NCBI RefSeq assembly: GCF_009914755.1
Contig: NC_060925.1
Source of the DNA: the human T2T-CHM13v2.0 reference genome, Homo sapiens
Length of the DNA: 64,000 nucleotides
Reading direction: 5' to 3' (one strand)
Shown here: positions 13,230 through 27,950 of the stretch, one piece after another
Position numbering within the stretch: the stretch's first letter is position 1
Layout: every line of letters starts with the position of its first letter
The notes under the pieces: model-generated
What the model saw: only the letters and a program-made list of their open reading frames with translations
What the model was told of the DNA's origin: nothing
Database searches by the model: none
Translations under genes and position numbers: made by a program

Positions 13230-13900
13230 TGCAGACCTAAATTGGACTTGTATTGTATTAAGCCATGGAGATTTTGAAGTCATTTGGTTCTGCAGCACAA
13301 CTTAGGCTTACCTTCACAGGAACAAAAATTGGTATCAGAAGTGGGATTCTGCTATAACAAAAAAACCCTCAATATGTGACATTGCCTTAGTGGTCCATTG
13401 GTCAGGAGCAGTTAAACTGTAATTAGAGGCTAGAGTGGCCATTCATTTTATGCTTTGTGGGAAGCATTTGATAAAGCTGTCATTATAGCAACCTGGAAGG
13501 CAGATCATATGTCTAGTGAATTTATAACCCTAGGGGAAGAGTTCAGAAAACAAAATGTTATTTATATGTTTTGGTTACGATTGTCTACATTCAGCAAGGA
13601 GCCATAGGGATGGTGTGAGTTCACAGAAGATTTGGCTGGTTTGCAGAAAGGAGGAAAAGAGAACTGGGACTTATACAGTACAGAAGGCAATCTTCTCAAT
13701 CTTAAACAGTAAAAGATAACATTGAAGAAGTTTGGGCACAATAAGGGCCAATTAAAACTCAGTTTGGGGGCAAAAATCCAGACAAAGGTATGGACAGCAG
13801 AATTCAGGGATAAATACCTTCAAATTGATTAAAGGCTGGCAGTAAAGGTTGAATTAGCAGTGTGGTAACCAAGAAATGCTGCACTGGAATAATGGCTCAG
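13230..13900 (+). mobile_element. MLT1 LTR 3' end plus MaLR internal fragment
   Basis: taagccatggagattttg...cagcac followed by aaattggtatcagaagtggg (internal start). Confidence 0.6.
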
Positions 13901-13929
13901 GGGAAAAGATACTGTATCTGTCTAGGATT

Positions 13930-16210
13930 TGAGGCTGTTTTTTAAATGCAAGTTATACATATTTGCTCATGTTTGCAAAAAGAAGGATAAACCAAAACTT
14001 TTTTTAAGTAGTTAATTATTGGAAGGAGAAGGGGACAGTGTTGGAAGCAAGATTTATCTCAACATACTGTATTATATGGTTTTATTTTTGAATCATATAG
14101 TTGTTTTATATATTGTAAAATACATAATTAAGTTAAAGAGCAATCCTTAGAAATTGAATAGAAACAGAAATGAACTTAATTGTATGTCAGTTGGTTACAT
14201 AACATAGAGAAAAGTATTTCAAGTGACTTTAGAATACACTGATTTGATTGTAATTATTTAGTAGAATATATTCTAAGGATAAATAAGGATGCAAAGAAAT
14301 CTTTAACCTCATCCAATAGTCTTATGGTTAATATAATATTTGCTATTATTATTTTGAAACTAATTAATATCTTCTATAGGATAAATCAAATAAAGACTTA
14401 TATTAATATTATTAGGAACCAGAATTTTCACTGTGAGATTTTAAATATACAATTTAAAAAGTCAAAGAAGTAAAAATACTGGGTGTTAAGTTGGAATTAA
14501 AATCAGCAGTTTGAACTCAGAATTTTTGCAGTGTTTTCAAAAAACACATTTTTCTTAGCTGTGTCCCTGAAATTGCTTAAAGGCAATAACATTTTAGTAC
14601 CAATAAACACTGCTTGCACCTTGATTTTGGTGTGTAAATACTATTCCTCACCAAAGGAAATTGGGCTCCTTGGAAGAACAGTTGATTTCAGGCCTGAGAC
14701 AGGAAACATAAAGATGCTAGAGGATATTGTGAACAATTTTTTTTTGTAAATTTGAAAGCCATTTGAAACATATCAACCCCCAGGGAGAAAAGTCCTTGCC
14801 AGCAATAACCAAAGAAATAGAAAATCTGAATATTTCTATAACCATTAAACAAATTTAATCAACATTGTAAAACCTCCCCACAAAGAAAACTAGGCCCAGA
14901 GAGCTTTATAGGCAAATTCTAGCAAACATTTAAGTAAATAATTATTCTAATCTTACATAAACTCTTCCAGAGAACATTTAAAAAAAATTCAACTCAAATT
15001 ATGGGCTACTGTTACAATTGCACACCCAAACCAAATGAAGACAGCACAACGAAGGAGATTTATCGCCAAAGTCAGGCTCTACTCAGGAACACAACTGTAA
15101 ATATCTTAAGGAAAATATTAGCACCCTGAATCTCAAAGCATGTAAAATGATAATACAACATGATCGAGTTGTTTTTCATTCTCGGGAATGAAAGTTTTAT
15201 TTAAAATTAAGCGCTAATTACTATAAATTAATCTAAATTTTTTATCTCATTTGACATAAGAAAAGCATTTAATAAAATTCAATATTCATGATTAAAAAGA
15301 ATAAAACTCAGCATACTAAAAATAGAAAATCTCTAACTTATTAAAGGACATCTAAAAACAACTAATAGCAAACTTCATTCTTAAAAGGAGTGCTTTCAGC
15401 ATTGTACTATCAGCCACCTTTAGACACAAATCATGAATGCCCATTTACCACTACTTCTATTTAACATTGTACTAGAGATCCTAGCCTGTACAATAAGATA
15501 AGAAAAATATGAAATAAAATAAAGTAAAATGAAGATTTGAAAGGGAGACACATGTCAATATTTGCACATTATATGACTGTTTGCATACAAATCCAAAACC
15601 AGTACAAAAAATTAGAGTAAATAACAAATTTTAGCATTGCTATTTACCAAGTTCCTATAAAAATGTCAATTATATTGCTCTATACTCTCAGCAGTCAGAA
15701 AGCAAAATTTAAAAGATATATTTGATATATTTTTTTAAGAAAAGATACATTTATCTAGGAGGAAAAGCTAACAAAAGATGTAAAAACCTTTTACAGAAAA
15801 AAATATAAACCTTTATTTCAAGACCTTGTGAAAGACCTAAACAAAAGAGAGATCTGTCATATTCTTGGACGGAAAGAGTTAATATTATAATGAAGTTAAT
15901 AAAATGATCTTTAGATTCACTTACGTACTTTAAGATTTCCAAAACATTGTCCAGAGAAACATACAAAAGGAAAACAGCCATAGGAAGAGAATAGCTAACA
16001 GAAATTTCAGGGGAGTTACGTTGGGGTGGGGGCTGGGAAATGAATTAAACTGGGACAGGGGTCCCAGGAGCCTTCTAAAGTTTAGTAATATTCTGTTTCT
16101 AAGCTGAGACATAGCTATTCAGGTATTTGTTTTATGATTTTTTATTAAACTGTATGCTTGAGTTTTAGACACCTTTGACTGCATATTTCAAAAATAGTGA
16201 TTTTTTAAAA
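13930..16210 (+). mobile_element. Ancient L1M (L1MC/ME) fragments
   Basis: Degenerate ORF2 text (aggcccagagagctttataggcaaattct; ttaacattgtactagagatcctagcc) and G-rich 3' UTR. Confidence 0.65.
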
Positions 16211-17043
16211 TAAAAATATTAGTAATTTAATTTGCCCAAACTGCCAAATAGCTACGGTTGTCTACAAAATACCAATAATGTTAGTCCATTACACTTGGAA
16301 GTACCAAAAGAGTATGCAGTAGATCTTGTTCTTCATCCCGTTTTCCATTGTCTAGTACAGCACCTGGATGGAGAAATAGCTCCATAAATATTTTGTAATG
16401 AGTGTAGAAACAAAGCCTCATTAATTCTCTATAATGGCATACATCCAAGCCAAAGCCAATTATTCTCATCCTCAGAACTCTGCTTTTCTTGTTCATTTAT
16501 CTCTAAGCCGTGCTGGTGCTCCTATTATTTCCTGCCCACTGTCTCCTGGATTTCCTTTCTGCTGAAATGCTTAACTCACTTCCTTATATATATTTAATGA
16601 AGTTGTCAGCAAAGCCCTTTTTCATCAGTCAGCCTGGCTTGTTTGACTTAAGGTCTTATTAGCATGCCTAATTCCATTTCCAGAAAACACAGTTAATTAA
16701 GCTACCAAATCTGTGAGTATGGCCCAGCATCACTCTTGGCATTTAATTTATATTTATACACCAAGGGAAAATAGTGAACCCAATCCTCTTCCTAGGACTT
16801 GAGTAATATGGCAAGAGAACCAGGACTTTCTTGGGAGTCCATGAAAAAGAAATGGAGGTGGTAAACAGAGCACAAAGGAAAATTAGGCTCTGGCATGAGT
16901 AGCAAGAGTGCTAGGAGCCCCTTCACCGCAGCCCCCAGCAAAAAAAACTCATGAGCCCATCCTGAGACTCAGGGCCCCCGGCTCAGTCTCCCTGAAAAGC
17001 TTCCATAGCACAGATTATTATAGCTCAGGAGGTTACCACATTT

Positions 17044-17239
17044 TTTAAAAAAATTATTATTTTTTAAAACTTTTGTGGGTACATAGTAGGTATATATATT
17101 TTTGTGGTATATGATGTGTTCCATCAGAATATATAAGGGACTCAAATAACTCTATAGGAAAAAATCCAATTATCCAATCAAAAAATGGGCAAAAGATTTG
17201 AATAGACATTTCTCAAAAGAAGACATACAAGTGGCAAAC
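17044..17239. mobile_element. Short L1MA-type insertion with 5' inversion
   Basis: Antisense L1 3' end (17044 to about 17120) joined to a sense ORF2 piece; TSD aggttaccacattt / aggttattacattt. Confidence 0.7.
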
Positions 17240-17981
17240 AGGTTATTACATTTCTAAAAACAGCCTTACAGTGTCATCCAGCCTTCCAGGGGCTTATGCT
17301 CCTGAATGATTTTGGGATGAGGTGTCTTCTGGTGACTTTGAGAGTAGCACTAAGTGACTTGGGGATTTCCATGCTGTTCTGAGAGGAATAAAGAGTCTGG
17401 AGAAGATGACACAGAACTGACGCACAGCCAGGCTAGGCCACTCCCAGGAAGCCCAGGGACCACAGGACTCCATCTGAGGCGCCTCCTGCAACTCCTCCCT
17501 ATCTTACCCTCCAGGGTCCAGGGCTACATGTGGAAGTGAATTTCTGCAATAGGCCCAGAATTCCCCAAGGAAGACATACAAATTAAACTCTACATGTGGC
17601 TCTGGGTTAATTCGACATATTAATGTAACAAATTCAAAGTAGGAAAATAAGCTAATAAAATTATAGTTTTGGAGTCTCAACTGCTTCCCAAGGCAGTTTT
17701 TTTTTTTTTTTTGACAGAACTACAATGTTGAAGCAACTTCTAGTTCTAAGAACATGTCCCTCTCTAAACAGCACCAGCAATTTGTGGCCCTGGTAAGAAG
17801 GAAATCAGGTGATCTTACTTTGCCTGGCAATCAGGCTGCTTTCTGGACTTTGGAGATGTGTGGCTAAGAGAATTTCATGCAACTTCTCTCAGCCTTACTT
17901 TTTCCATCTGTAAAATGGGGATCATACAGCCCTCCTAGAGTTGTTGAGAGGGTTAATAATATGATATATATAAGATGGGCT

Positions 17982-18526
17982 TGTAGGAGATCAAAATATG
18001 CCTCTCCAAAATATGTCACTTTGGCATAAGAATTATTTTGAGCTAAAGGCAGCTGAGAAGAAACAGACACAAGAAAAGCTCTCTGCCCTCCTCCTATTTG
18101 CCACAAAGCAGGACATAAATTTACAAAGGTATCCCTCCTCCCCTCTCTCCCAGGGAGGGCAAATTTAAACTTTTATCAGCCTAGGGATGGCACCAGAGGA
18201 ATCTATACAACAAATTTTAGTAACCAGCCTTCATCTGCTATTAGTTTACCATATATTTGCCATCCCACAATTTGCTTCCCCTAGAGACTCAAGATCCTTT
18301 TCCTTTGTCTATCACTAAAAATGAGTTGTCCTTTTGCTAAGATTTTGTAAAAACTCAAGTTCTAACCAAACCTTTGAGTTACTCATCTCTGGGTACTCCT
18401 ATGGGTTACATATGTGATATACATGTTAATAAACTGCTGTTTTTCTCTTATCAATCTGTCCTTTGTTACAGGGGCCCAGCTGAGAATTTAGAAAGGTAGA
18501 GGGAAAATTATTTTTCTTCTCCTATA
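17982..18526 (+). mobile_element. MER34-family ERV1 solo LTR inserted in a MIR
   Basis: tgtaggagatcaaaatatgcc...aataaactgctg...ttcttctcctata; 4-bp TSD ggct/ggtt. Confidence 0.75.
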
Positions 18527-19906
18527 GGTTGCAAAGAGTAGGTACCCAATATACTATAGCTATCTGTATACTAATAATAATTTATAACATTAATGTGTCT
18601 TTATTATTCCATCCCACTCTCACCAGATTCTGGGTCTTCCTCCCCCTGCACCATACCACCAGCCCTATTTTTCCAGACGTGCTCCATAAAACTAAAGCAT
18701 CAACTCTGCAATCAGAACATCCTGGGTTCCAATTCCAACTCTGCCAACTAATAGGGGTACAACTTTAAGCAGTCGTGTCCTTCCGCTAAATACCATGGAA
18801 TAGTAATAGGACCTCCTCAATTCCTCAACTCAAATTCCTGTTATCCCAATGCTGATTATCTTCTCCAGGACTTGGAAAGAGATTACCTTTCAAAACCTGC
18901 AATTTACCCTAAACAAATAAATTGCTAACAGCTTTAACCCTAATAATAGGTTGTTAACAAGACAAATCTCTAATTACTGGAGATATTGTAAGAATACTCT
19001 TGAACACGGGGTTCTCCCTGGCTCTTTGGTCCCTCTTTCCACACTCTTGTGTTGTAGAGTTGCTCAATAACTGTTCCAGACTTCTGAGAGGAGTCCAACA
19101 CCCGCTCCAAACTCTCAAAGACCGAAAACAGTGTTTCTGTTCATATTCTTAAAAGAATAGGACAGTGTGGGGTTATTCAGCAATTATTTCCTTGATGCAA
19201 TTTCTTTTTTAATTTTTCTTTGGCAGTTGTTCCCTCATCTCTTAATTTTGACAATTTGACATATCTCATTAAAGATATTTCTGTCACCGAGAATCACTAT
19301 TAGCCTATCTCCCTTGTGACGAAGGATATTGCTCAGACTCACTTTGCATGCGTACCCTAGGCCTTGTGGGAAATGGGGTGTGGGAAGGCTATATGAGAGC
19401 AGGCTAATCTGGCTGAGTAGCAACAATGACTCTTGTAGCACTTTTCCTCCATGGTAAAATTCTTTAACATTTGTAATGAATTAATTGGGGAATCACCCGC
19501 TACCAACTCCCCTCCTCCCCCACCACCAGCACCACCACCACATACACACACACACACAAATGCTGGACTATTACCTCCATAATGCTGGATTTGATCACCA
19601 CAATATATCCAGCACCTAGAGCCAATAAATATTCTTAGTATTCACCAATAAATATTTGTTAAGCAAATTTAAACGTTCCTATAGGAAAAGATTCTATTTC
19701 TCTTTCCTTGGAAATGAATCCCATTTTAGGTTGGGATTTTGATAACCAGGGGCCAATAGTTTAGAACATTGAGAAAAAAAGGAATCAGATAGCTTTATTA
19801 TAATAATAATAAAGGGAGGCCTCCCTGACTGGTCGGGCCGTACTGTACACAGCAAAAAGCAAATCAAAATAAGTCCGTCTTGTGGACAGGTGGCTCTCAA
19901 AGAAAG

Positions 19907-20287
19907 TGTATTAGTTCATTCTCTCATTGCTATAAAGAAATACGTGAAACTTGTGTAATTTATGAAGAAAAGAGATTTAATTGCTCACGGTTTTGCAGTC
20001 TATACAGAAAGCATAACTTCCTGTATAGACTGGCATCTGCTTCTGAAGAGACCTCAGGAAGCCTCTAATTATGGCAGAAGGTGAAGATGGAGCAGGAGCA
20101 AGGGAGGGGGACGGTGTCACACTCTTTTAGACAACCATATTTCGTGAGAACAGCACCAAGGGGATTGTGCTAAACCATTCATAAGAAATCCACTCCAATG
20201 ACCCAACCACCTCCCACCAGGCCCCACCTCTAACACTGGGGATTACAGTTCAATATGAGATTTGGGCAGGGATATATACCCATATCA
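19907..20287 (-). mobile_element. MSTA-type solo LTR (ERVL-MaLR)
   Basis: tgtattagttcattctctcattgctataaagaaatac...catatca; 5-bp TSD gaaag/gagag. Confidence 0.85.
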
Positions 20288-20308
20288 GAGAGTGAAAAGA
20301 GGAGAGTG

Positions 20309-20765
<457 letters not shown>

Positions 20766-22488
20766 TCACACAGGCTCAGCTCCTGCCCAAGTAAATCAAG
20801 TTGCCACCTCCCACCCTCCACACTTGGGGAGAAATGAGCTAAGGGATGGATTAAGAACAAGGCCAGAAGTGCTAACTGAGGTAAAGTCTTCCCACTGGGA
20901 AACATGAGGCTGTGAAATGGAGGTTCCCCTAACAAAAGTTAACAGTATGTCCTTTCAGAGACTACAATATCCCTCAGCTGTGGCCAGCCTCTCCTTTTGG
21001 CCTAATGGGTAAAGACACATCACTTTATCCTGGAAAGGTCCAGGCTCATTTGGAACAGCAGTCAGTCAACCGGGAATCTAGTGAGCCCCAAACAAAGGTT
21101 ATGATGCTCAGCCTCCGAAGAGCCAGCCAACTCAGTGTGACATGGGACCAAGAGAGAGTCCTCCAGACCTGGCCCTCCAGCCTGCTCCATCAGGGGATGG
21201 GGAGGATGATGGCCTCCATGGCGCCATCAAAGTCGGAAAGGCATCCATGAGGGTGCTTGGGCACACACATATACACAGAGCAATAAAAAGTTGCTAGGCC
21301 TCTGCCCAGGCAGCTTGGGAAGTTTCCCCAGGTTCTGAGTGAATAGCAATGGAGCCTCTCACTGGAACCAGTGAGAAACCAGGCACATCCTGAAGGTCAA
21401 ATAACAGCTTGAGCTTGTCTGGAAATGGGACTCATCAAAAGGTTGCTGAGGGTCGGGGAGCAGGCAGGTCCTACACAGTTTTTACAGCAGTCATTACTCA
21501 GCCTCTTTCTCCCGCTCCTCTCTCTCATTCTCCCCTTTCCTTCCGGCACCCTATTTCCCCACGTGAATTCCCAGTGCCCTTGTACCTCATGTTCTCTGGT
21601 GTCCCAGAACCCACCCAGACCTGCCTCCCCTGAAGTGTCTCAAAAATCACAAAATTAGGTCATTTTCCCCATGATTACTCACATTCCCAAAACTCAGTCT
21701 CCCTCAGGGAAGCCAAACTAGATATTAGGAAGGAGACATCTTAGTGAATCAACACATACAAAGGTTCCCCTCTTTTTGTCCAAACCATAACTTAGTAGAA
21801 TTTCACCACGTGAGTAAATGGGGGCAGGAGAGCCTTTGCCATAGCCTTTAAGGCATAGTATTTGTTTCTCCCTTGAAATGGTAGGAGATAGGACCATCTG
21901 TGTGGTTTCTAGGTAACTTCTCTTCAAAAGAAAGAAACAGAACTTCCTGTATGTCCACCTTAGTCTTTATCTTTTAACTCTCATTGCACTGCCCTAAACT
22001 AACCATGGCCTTAGAACTCCCCAAGCCTGGTCTCCTCATGTGTCCCAACTTGAGGGCAAGGACATCTGTCACACTGGAACACCTGGGCCAGGGTAGAATC
22101 CTGCCTGAGAACAGGAACTCCAGAAAGCTACAGGGCACCTCTTTGTCCTTTTCAGTTTATTTTTTCTCCTTCCTCTGATTGACACGGCAATTGGATCAGA
22201 TGAGTTCCTTGAATCCATTCTGCTGCCTTCTGAGCCCAGGACCAACCCTATACCTCTGTTCTCCTGAGATTGAATAATGACCTATGGGGTGCACCTGACC
22301 AAGGATCCCAGTCAAGCTGGAGTCAGACACAACCAGGAAAAACCACCTTTAGCCCCAGCCTGGTCCTCCATGGACCACACACACCAAGGGAGTTGGAAAA
22401 GCGGCTGATAATAATTTTTAACGAGTACCTACACAGTGGCATAGTAGAAGGAGCATGAAATTTGAAATTCTGCAAAATCTGGGCTTGA

Positions 22489-22878
<390 letters not shown>

Positions 22879-23307
22879 TAAAATAGAGTAGTGTACACTT
22901 TACAGAACTTCCAGGATTAAAAATGAAAATATGTGGAGTGACTTAAAACAGAGCAGGAGTTTAAGAAATCTTAATTCATTACAGTACTGAACGTCCAGGT
23001 GTCATATCACACAAGCCTTTCCACAATGCCATGAAATAAAGCACCAGTAGATGTGTCCCCCTTTAGGCTCTGGATGTGATCTCCTCTGGATGTAATTCCT
23101 GGGACTGATGCAGCGAGCTGCAATCCCACTGGGAGCCAGCCTGGGGCTGAAGCTGATACTGAGGATGATGGAACAGAAGATGAAAAGAATCTGTCTCTTG
23201 ATGGTATCATCAAGCTCAGGATAGCAACATGCCTGGGGCCTGTATTTTTCTTCCTGTGGATTTCTTTTTATGGAATACAGTAATTCCTTATTGACTAAGC
23301 TGCTTGG

Positions 23308-23544
23308 CAGGACCAGGATTAGGGTGAGGCAAGTGAGGCAGGATTGTGCAAGTGCAGGATTGAATTCTGTCTTCATTTAAAATTTTAATATTTTGTTCAT
23401 CATGGGTTTCTTGCAATGATTTTTATTTAAAAAGAATATTATATCAAAATAATACTTACCTTTCTTGTTAAGTTTGTTGGTGTCCCTCCTAAATTTTTCT
23501 TCCAAGGCTGGTCCCTCATTCACCTCACCCTACTCTTTACCCAG
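23308..23544. mobile_element. MER96B-like hAT-Tip100 element
   Basis: caggaccaggattagggtgaggcaagtgaggca ... tcattcacctcacccta inverted termini. Confidence 0.65.
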
Positions 23545-23699
23545 TTACTTTCATTTGCAATTTTCTTTTTCTTTTCTTTTCTTTTTTTCTTTTTTTTTTT
23601 TTTTTACTTGCAGCCAAAATCATCCCCAGGGTGAAAAAAACGTGGTCAATTCAATAAAAAAATTTGGGGAAAACTAGTTATCCATGTGGGATAAATGTT

Positions 23700-24248
23700 A
23701 AAGTGAGAGTTTGACTTTAGAACAGGCCCAAGGAAGAGCCTATGGGCTAACACTTCATTGCGGCAAGGAGGAAGAACAAATTACTGAGCTGGCCACAGCT
23801 TTGCCACCAACACAGCTCATTGCTTGCTCTCACAGCATGTCTTCGGGAAGGCCATAGGAAACCACTGCATCTTGGAACACCATGGGAAAAGGAAGCAATC
23901 TAAATGCTGGCTTTTCCCTTCCCCTCCTTGCTATCATTAGCAGAAGCCCACCTGCTGAGGCTTTAACTCCCTGGCACTTCCTGGTTATGTTTCCTGACCC
24001 CTTGGAGAGCTGCTGAGGAAGTTAGAGGCTTCACAGGTCCCATGTGGCCTGTGTGGCAAACTCTGCTTGTCAGTCAATGCTGCACAGGGGGCTCTTCGGT
24101 CTGTGGCATTGGGGGCCATAACTTTACGACTATGAATGAACCATTGCCAGGGTTGCTCTGGTCAGGAAACAAGGCAGGTGGCCAGGATCCAGGGCAGTTG
24201 GCAGACCCAGATATATCTGGGGTGGTGCATAAACTGAGTTTGCTACAG
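23700..24248. mobile_element. Old ERVL LTR (LTR16/LTR33-like)
   Basis: ttaactccctggcacttcc, ending in tttgctaca. Confidence 0.4.
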
Positions 24249-24458
24249 ATCCCCACCTCCTACTTTATACAAAAATAAATTCTGGGGCATTAAAGACCTA
24301 TTTTTTTTTTAAAGAAAAATGAACAATTAAAATACTAGAAAAAATAAGATACCTTATTCGTGGGTAGGAAAGACTTTCCTAAACAAGACACAAAAAGCAA
24401 AATCTTAAGGAAACACCTTATCAATTTGATTGCTCTAAGAATTACACTTTGTGTAAGT

Positions 24459-24683
24459 CAGTTGTTCTCAGCTGGGGCAATTTTGTACCTCAGAGGATAT
24501 TTGACAATACCTGGAGACATTCGGGTTGCCAAACTCAGAAGGGGAGGCAGGGTCTGACTGGCATCTAATGGATAGAGGCCAAGTATGCTTCCAAAAATCC
24601 TACAACACACAGGGCAGACCCAACCCCACCCAGTCAAAGAATTATTCAGCCCCAAAGTCAGTAGTGCCAAGGTTAAGAAACCC
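24459..24683. mobile_element. MER20 DNA transposon within L1ME remnants
   Basis: cagttgttctcagctggggcaattttg...gtagtgccaaggttaagaaaccc. Confidence 0.8.
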
Positions 24684-25337
24684 AATCATAACAGTTAATA
24701 AACAAGTTAAAGACTGAGAGAAGTTGTTTGGCATATATATCCCAGATAAAAGATCAGACTCTAATAGAAAGAGAGACTTACAAATCAATAAGAAAAAGTC
24801 TCAACAGAAAAATGAGTATCATTTTTCATCTTTTCAACTGATAGCAAAAAAAAAATCCATTACTATCAAGTGATAAAGAGAACATAGAAGATTCTCATAT
24901 TCTGCTGGCAACGGTGTTAACAAGTAGAGTTGCCCAGTATGGAAAGCTGTTTGACAGCGTCTATTAAGATATGAAATGTCCATGTCCCCCCAATAGCATA
25001 TCAGGAAAAGCGCTGTGTACCTTTTTGGGGTCTGCTTCTTAGAACACCACCAACATGAGCTCCTCTATGCATTCCTCTTTACTTAGGATAGAATTTGGAA
25101 CTACCTTCCACCTAGCTTCAACCCTGCAGACATGGCTAAAACATGATCTATGGCCATGTGAATGGAGCCAATGTTCCTCTTCAACTGCTCACATTGGGAC
25201 TATTCCATGAGAGAACATAAACTACTTTGTTTAATCAGCTATATTTGGGGGTCTCTTTGCTGAAATAGCTTGTTCCTTCCCTGTTAGTATTAGTACACAA
25301 TTGTATTAGTACACAATTCAGTGACAAGTATACCTTG

Positions 25338-26013
25338 TGGTTAGAGAATTAGAACATTCCCCTCTGTGGAGGGCAGCGGAGCTAAAGGTTGAGTTCATCA
25401 TCAATGGCCAGTGATTTAATCAATCAAACCTATGTAACAAAACTTCCACAAAGACCCAAAAGGGCAGGGTTTGGGGATCTTCCAGGTTGCTGACCTCACA
25501 GAGGTGCCTGGAAGGTGGCACTCCCTAAAAGGGCATGGAAGCGCCATACCCTTCCCACATACCATGCCCCGTGCTTCTCTTCCAACTGGCTGCTCATCTG
25601 TATGCTTTATCATATGTTTATTAATATAACATCTAGTAAACATAAGTGTTTTCCTGAGTTCCATGAGCCACACTAGCAAGTGAACAAACCTGAAGAGGGG
25701 GTTGTGGAAACCCCCAATTTATAGCCAGTCAGTCAGATGTTCTAGAGGCTAGGAATTGCAGTTGGCATTTTCAAATGGCATGTAGTCTCATAGGACTGAG
25801 CCCTTCACCTGTGGGATCTGACTCTGACTACAGGTAGACAGTGTCAGAATTAAATTGAATGACAGAACACCCCCTTGGAGTCCAGTGGAGAACTGCTTGG
25901 TGTGTGGGGAAACTTCACGCACATCCGGAGTGAGAAGTGAAGCAGGATGCGCTGTGTTGAGTAGGATGTGTTGTGAGAGTAGGAAAAACACTGTCTTTTT
26001 TCTATCCCTTACA
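25338..26013 (+). mobile_element. MER21-family LTR
   Basis: caatggccagtgatttaatcaatca...ttcctgagttccatgagcca...gtagacagtgtcagaattaaattgaat. Confidence 0.8.
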
Positions 26014-26078
26014 GTGGTCAAAGAACTCTCTGTGATGTTTTTCTTTTAAATAAAAGAAAGTATTCACACAGTGTGCAA

Positions 26079-26817
26079 TTTTTTTTATTTTACTTTAAGT
26101 TGTGGGATACATGTGCAGAACACGCAGATTTGTTACATAGGTATACATGTGCCATGGTGGTTTGCTGCACCTATCAACCCATCATCTAGGTTTTAAGCCC
26201 CACATGCATTAGGTATTTGTCCTAATGCTCTCCCTCCCCTTGTCCCCCATCCCCTGACAGGCCCTGGTGTGTGATGTTCCCCTCTCTGTGTCCATGTGTT
26301 CTCATTGTTCAACTCCCACTTATGAGTGAGAACATGTGGTGTTTGGTTTTCTATTCCTGTGTTAGTTTGCTGAGAATGATGGTTTCCAGCTTCATCCATG
26401 TCCATGCAAAGGACATGAACCTATTCTTTTTTATGGCTGCATAGTATTCGATGGTGTATATGTGCCACATTTTCTTTATCTAGTCTATCATTGACGGGCA
26501 TTTGGGTTGGTTCCAAGTCTTTGCTACTGTAAATAGTGCTGCAATAAACATACGTGTCCATTTGTCTTTAGAGTAGAATTATTTATAATCCTTTGTGTAT
26601 ATACCCAGTAATGGGATTGCTGGGTCAAATGGTATTTCTGGTTCTAGATCTTTGAGGAATCGCCACGCTATCTTCCACAAGAGTTGAACTAATTTACATT
26701 CCTACCAAGAGTGTAAAAGTGTTCCTGTTTCTCCACAGCCTCACCAGCATCTGTTGTTTCCTGACTTTTTAATAATCACCATTCTGACTGGTGTGAGATG
26801 GTATCTCATTGTGGTTT
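26079..26817 (-). mobile_element. L1PA7-like 3' end, 5'-truncated
   Basis: Primate L1 3' UTR and ORF2 end; TSD tgtgcaattttt at 26072-26083 and 26818-26829. Confidence 0.9.
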
Positions 26818-26929
26818 TGTGCAATTTTTAAAACTTCTTTAAAACAATTGATGAACATTTTGTTGCTAAAGTACATTCAAGAAATGGTAAGTACAATTAA
26901 TAAGAGTCCCGTGCAAGACAACTAAGGCT

Positions 26930-27950
26930 GCACGCTCCTGGTGGGCCCAGGTCTGCAGGCCTGTTCCAGTGTCTATTTGCTGTGGGACTTTAGACCAATT
27001 GCATCATCTCTGAGGTTAAGTTTCTTCAGGTAGATAACATAAGGGCAATCATGCCTCATTCACCTGGCTGTTGTGAGGAATAAAAGACATAATGTATGTG
27101 AAATTCTTAGAATGGTGCCTGGCATTTTGGAAGCACATAATACACAAAAGTAATTATTATTAGTAGTAATATTAGTATTAGTATTATTAAAATATGTGTA
27201 AAAATCTCTCTATTCTAATTAACATATTTTTCAAAATAGAAATGAAAAAGTTAGATAGCTGATGAGGGAAAGAATAAGACAAAACTCAGCTCCATTTACT
27301 ATGTATGTATTGAGTGCCTATTATATACTAGACGTTAAGATACAAAGATGTGTAGGACCTAGTCCCCTGCCTTTAAAAAGCTCAGAGTCTAATTGTGATG
27401 ATAGATTAAACTAAACCTCTAAATATGATGTAGAACCTCTAATCTGTGCAACAAGAGGAGTAGAACAAAGAAACTAGCAATTCCTTCTTCAGCTGGTTGG
27501 AGAAACTGGACTAGGAAGGCTTCAAAGGGAAGCTGACATTAACCATGAAGTTCTGGCAGCAGGAAAAGCCATGTACCAAGGACAGTTTAGGCAAAAATGG
27601 AGCCACCACATTTGTGGGGATCTATTAATAGATGTGAAAGTAAAAGGGATGACAGACCAGGCTCCAGAAGCATCTGAGGCCAAAAACAGGAGGAACTTTG
27701 AATGCCAGGGTGCAGAACTTCACCCTGGCAGCAGTGTGTGGATATGAAGGGAGTAGGCTGAAAGAGGAGGAGTCAGCTCATGAACACAGCAAGAGCAAGG
27801 GGTTACAGAAGACAGGCTGTGGAGGAGGCAAAATCCACAGTCATTGATGATGCATGGGACATGGGGGAAGAAAGAAAAAGAGGACTGAAGATGGTTGTCA
27901 GGCTTCCAGCTGGCGCAACTGGTTGTGCCTCTGAAATACAGAGTTCAGGA
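26930..27950. mobile_element. MIR (about 26930-27160) and antisense L2 (about 27290-27950) fragments
   Basis: tgttgtgaggaataaa...gtgcctggca; tattgagtgcctatt...gtccctgcc. Confidence 0.6.

Noticed and set aside
16010-16037. G-quadruplex-like motif
   Set aside because: Ordinary G-rich tract of an old L1 3' UTR with one long loop; no independent support.
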